From Carcharhinus longimanus (taxonomy: Eukaryota), in the NCBI GenBank assembly GCA_030264375.1, contig JASCQW010000119.1, forward strand, positions 56,775,988 through 56,839,987: DNA of 64,000 nucleotides. The letters are read 5' to 3'. Made by a program: the position numbers and the translations under genes. Below, one piece after another: positions 62,760 to 64,000 of the stretch. Within the stretch, counting starts at the first letter, position 1; every line of letters begins with the position of its first letter. The notes under the pieces were generated by a model. It was not told the DNA's origin and did not search any database. It saw only the letters and a program-made list of their open reading frames with translations.

Positions 62760-64000
62760 ATATCAGACTACCAAACCCTGTGGTGATCTGAAAGTGGTGA
62801 CGAGGACAATGAAAGATGCTGCTGGTGGCTGTGATGATGCTCACTTTCCACAGATTGGGGTAGAAGTGGAGCCTGTATCCACCTAAGACAACAGAGCACA
62901 CTTTTTAGTGTTGCTCACCCCTATCCAGGGAAGAAAAAAAAACAGGAACACCAAACACAGCCTGCCCTCCCTGCACCTGATTGGTCACCAATCACTGTAG
63001 CTGAAGCATAAATAAACTCAAAGAACAACTAACTACCAGATGACACTTGGCACGTGCAATGTCAAAATACTTCTAAATAATAATACAAGACCAGACCAGC
63101 ATTCATAGCCAGAACACTAAAAAGATACTAAATTGACAACCACTGTAAATGAAACAAAATTTCCAGATGAGTTTCATCTTGAGCAAGTAGATGCAAGCTA
63201 CACATTGTACCGGATTGGCAAATCCAAGGGTAGCTCGACAGTCAGGTGTGGGCTTTGCCATTCGTTGTGGATCGGCGTGTAAGCTCAACTCACTTCCCAA
63301 GGCTATCAACGACAGATTCATGGTACTTCATATTACTTTTTAGAAATCGGTATGTGATACTCATAAGTGTCCATGCACCAATAATAGCACAAATCGATGA
63401 GGTCTATGTTCTACAATCGGCAGGATCATCAGAGTACCACTGAACTCCTATCTTGGTGACTTCTATGCTCATGTTGGTACAGACTTTAATTTGTGGAGGG
63501 GAGTACTAGGACACAACAACATTGGTCATGATAAACTTCAGCAGCTAACTTGTTCTCTGTGCACAGCAAGTGTGATCTTCTCAACACAAATGCAATCATT
63601 CAACAAGCTTACAAACTGAAAACAACATGGACGCAGACTAGATTTAAACATTGGCACGTGTAGGACCACATTATTGTACAACAGAGAGACTTAATGCGTG
63701 TGCATTTTATCTGCTGCTTTGGAGGTTCTAAATGTTGGTCAGAACATCAGCTTAAGAGGAGCATCGTGTCCTTGGAAGATAACACCTAAAGCACTGTGAG
63801 ACATAGTCTAACCACAAAAGAAGCTTGATGTAATTAGCCTAAAAGATTTTATCAAGAAACATGGATTAAGACCAAAATTAGCTGTAGAGCTTGCTAGTGT
63901 CCCAGAAGATAAGACATTAAAGATTCCTAGAAGAAATTGTGGTGTCATTTCTGGTCGCAGCATCTGAACCCTTGAATTCATTAAACATGAGCACCAAGAT
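62760..64000 (+). mobile_element. Degenerate RTE-clade LINE 5' part (APE endonuclease), runs off the window
   Basis: TLGTCNVKILL, SGVGFAI, VILISVHAP, LGDFYAHVG and TTWTQTRFKHWHV.DHIIV remnants. Confidence 0.8.

Overview
Eukaryotic, AT-rich, repeat-dense draft-assembly DNA with 12 N-gaps. The repeat complement (HE1/V-type and Deu-type tRNA-derived SINEs, CR1, Rex/Babar, RTE, Penelope tails) points to a cartilaginous fish, probably a shark; this is an inference. The only solid protein-coding gene is a + strand TRAM-family (TLC domain) gene: exons 2-11 (7968-32503, 996 nt spliced, all GT-AG, frame intact), a ~3.4 kb 3'UTR, and exon 1 upstream of the window. Its protein mixes TRAM1- and TRAM2-type residues and may be a third paralogue. 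A housekeeping-type promoter and apparently non-coding first exon at ~48.1-48.3 kb start a second + strand gene, possibly an NCOA-family gene. Most notable extras: U2 snRNA-derived modular repeats, palindromic Penelope-derived elements with minimal hammerhead ribozyme motifs, an orphan PHD-finger fragment beside a gap, a candidate alternative last TRAM exon lacking the KxKxx signal, and a tRNA-iMet-primed LTR relic. Family comparisons are from memory, repeat boundaries are approximate, and nearly all ORFs in the supplied track look spurious.
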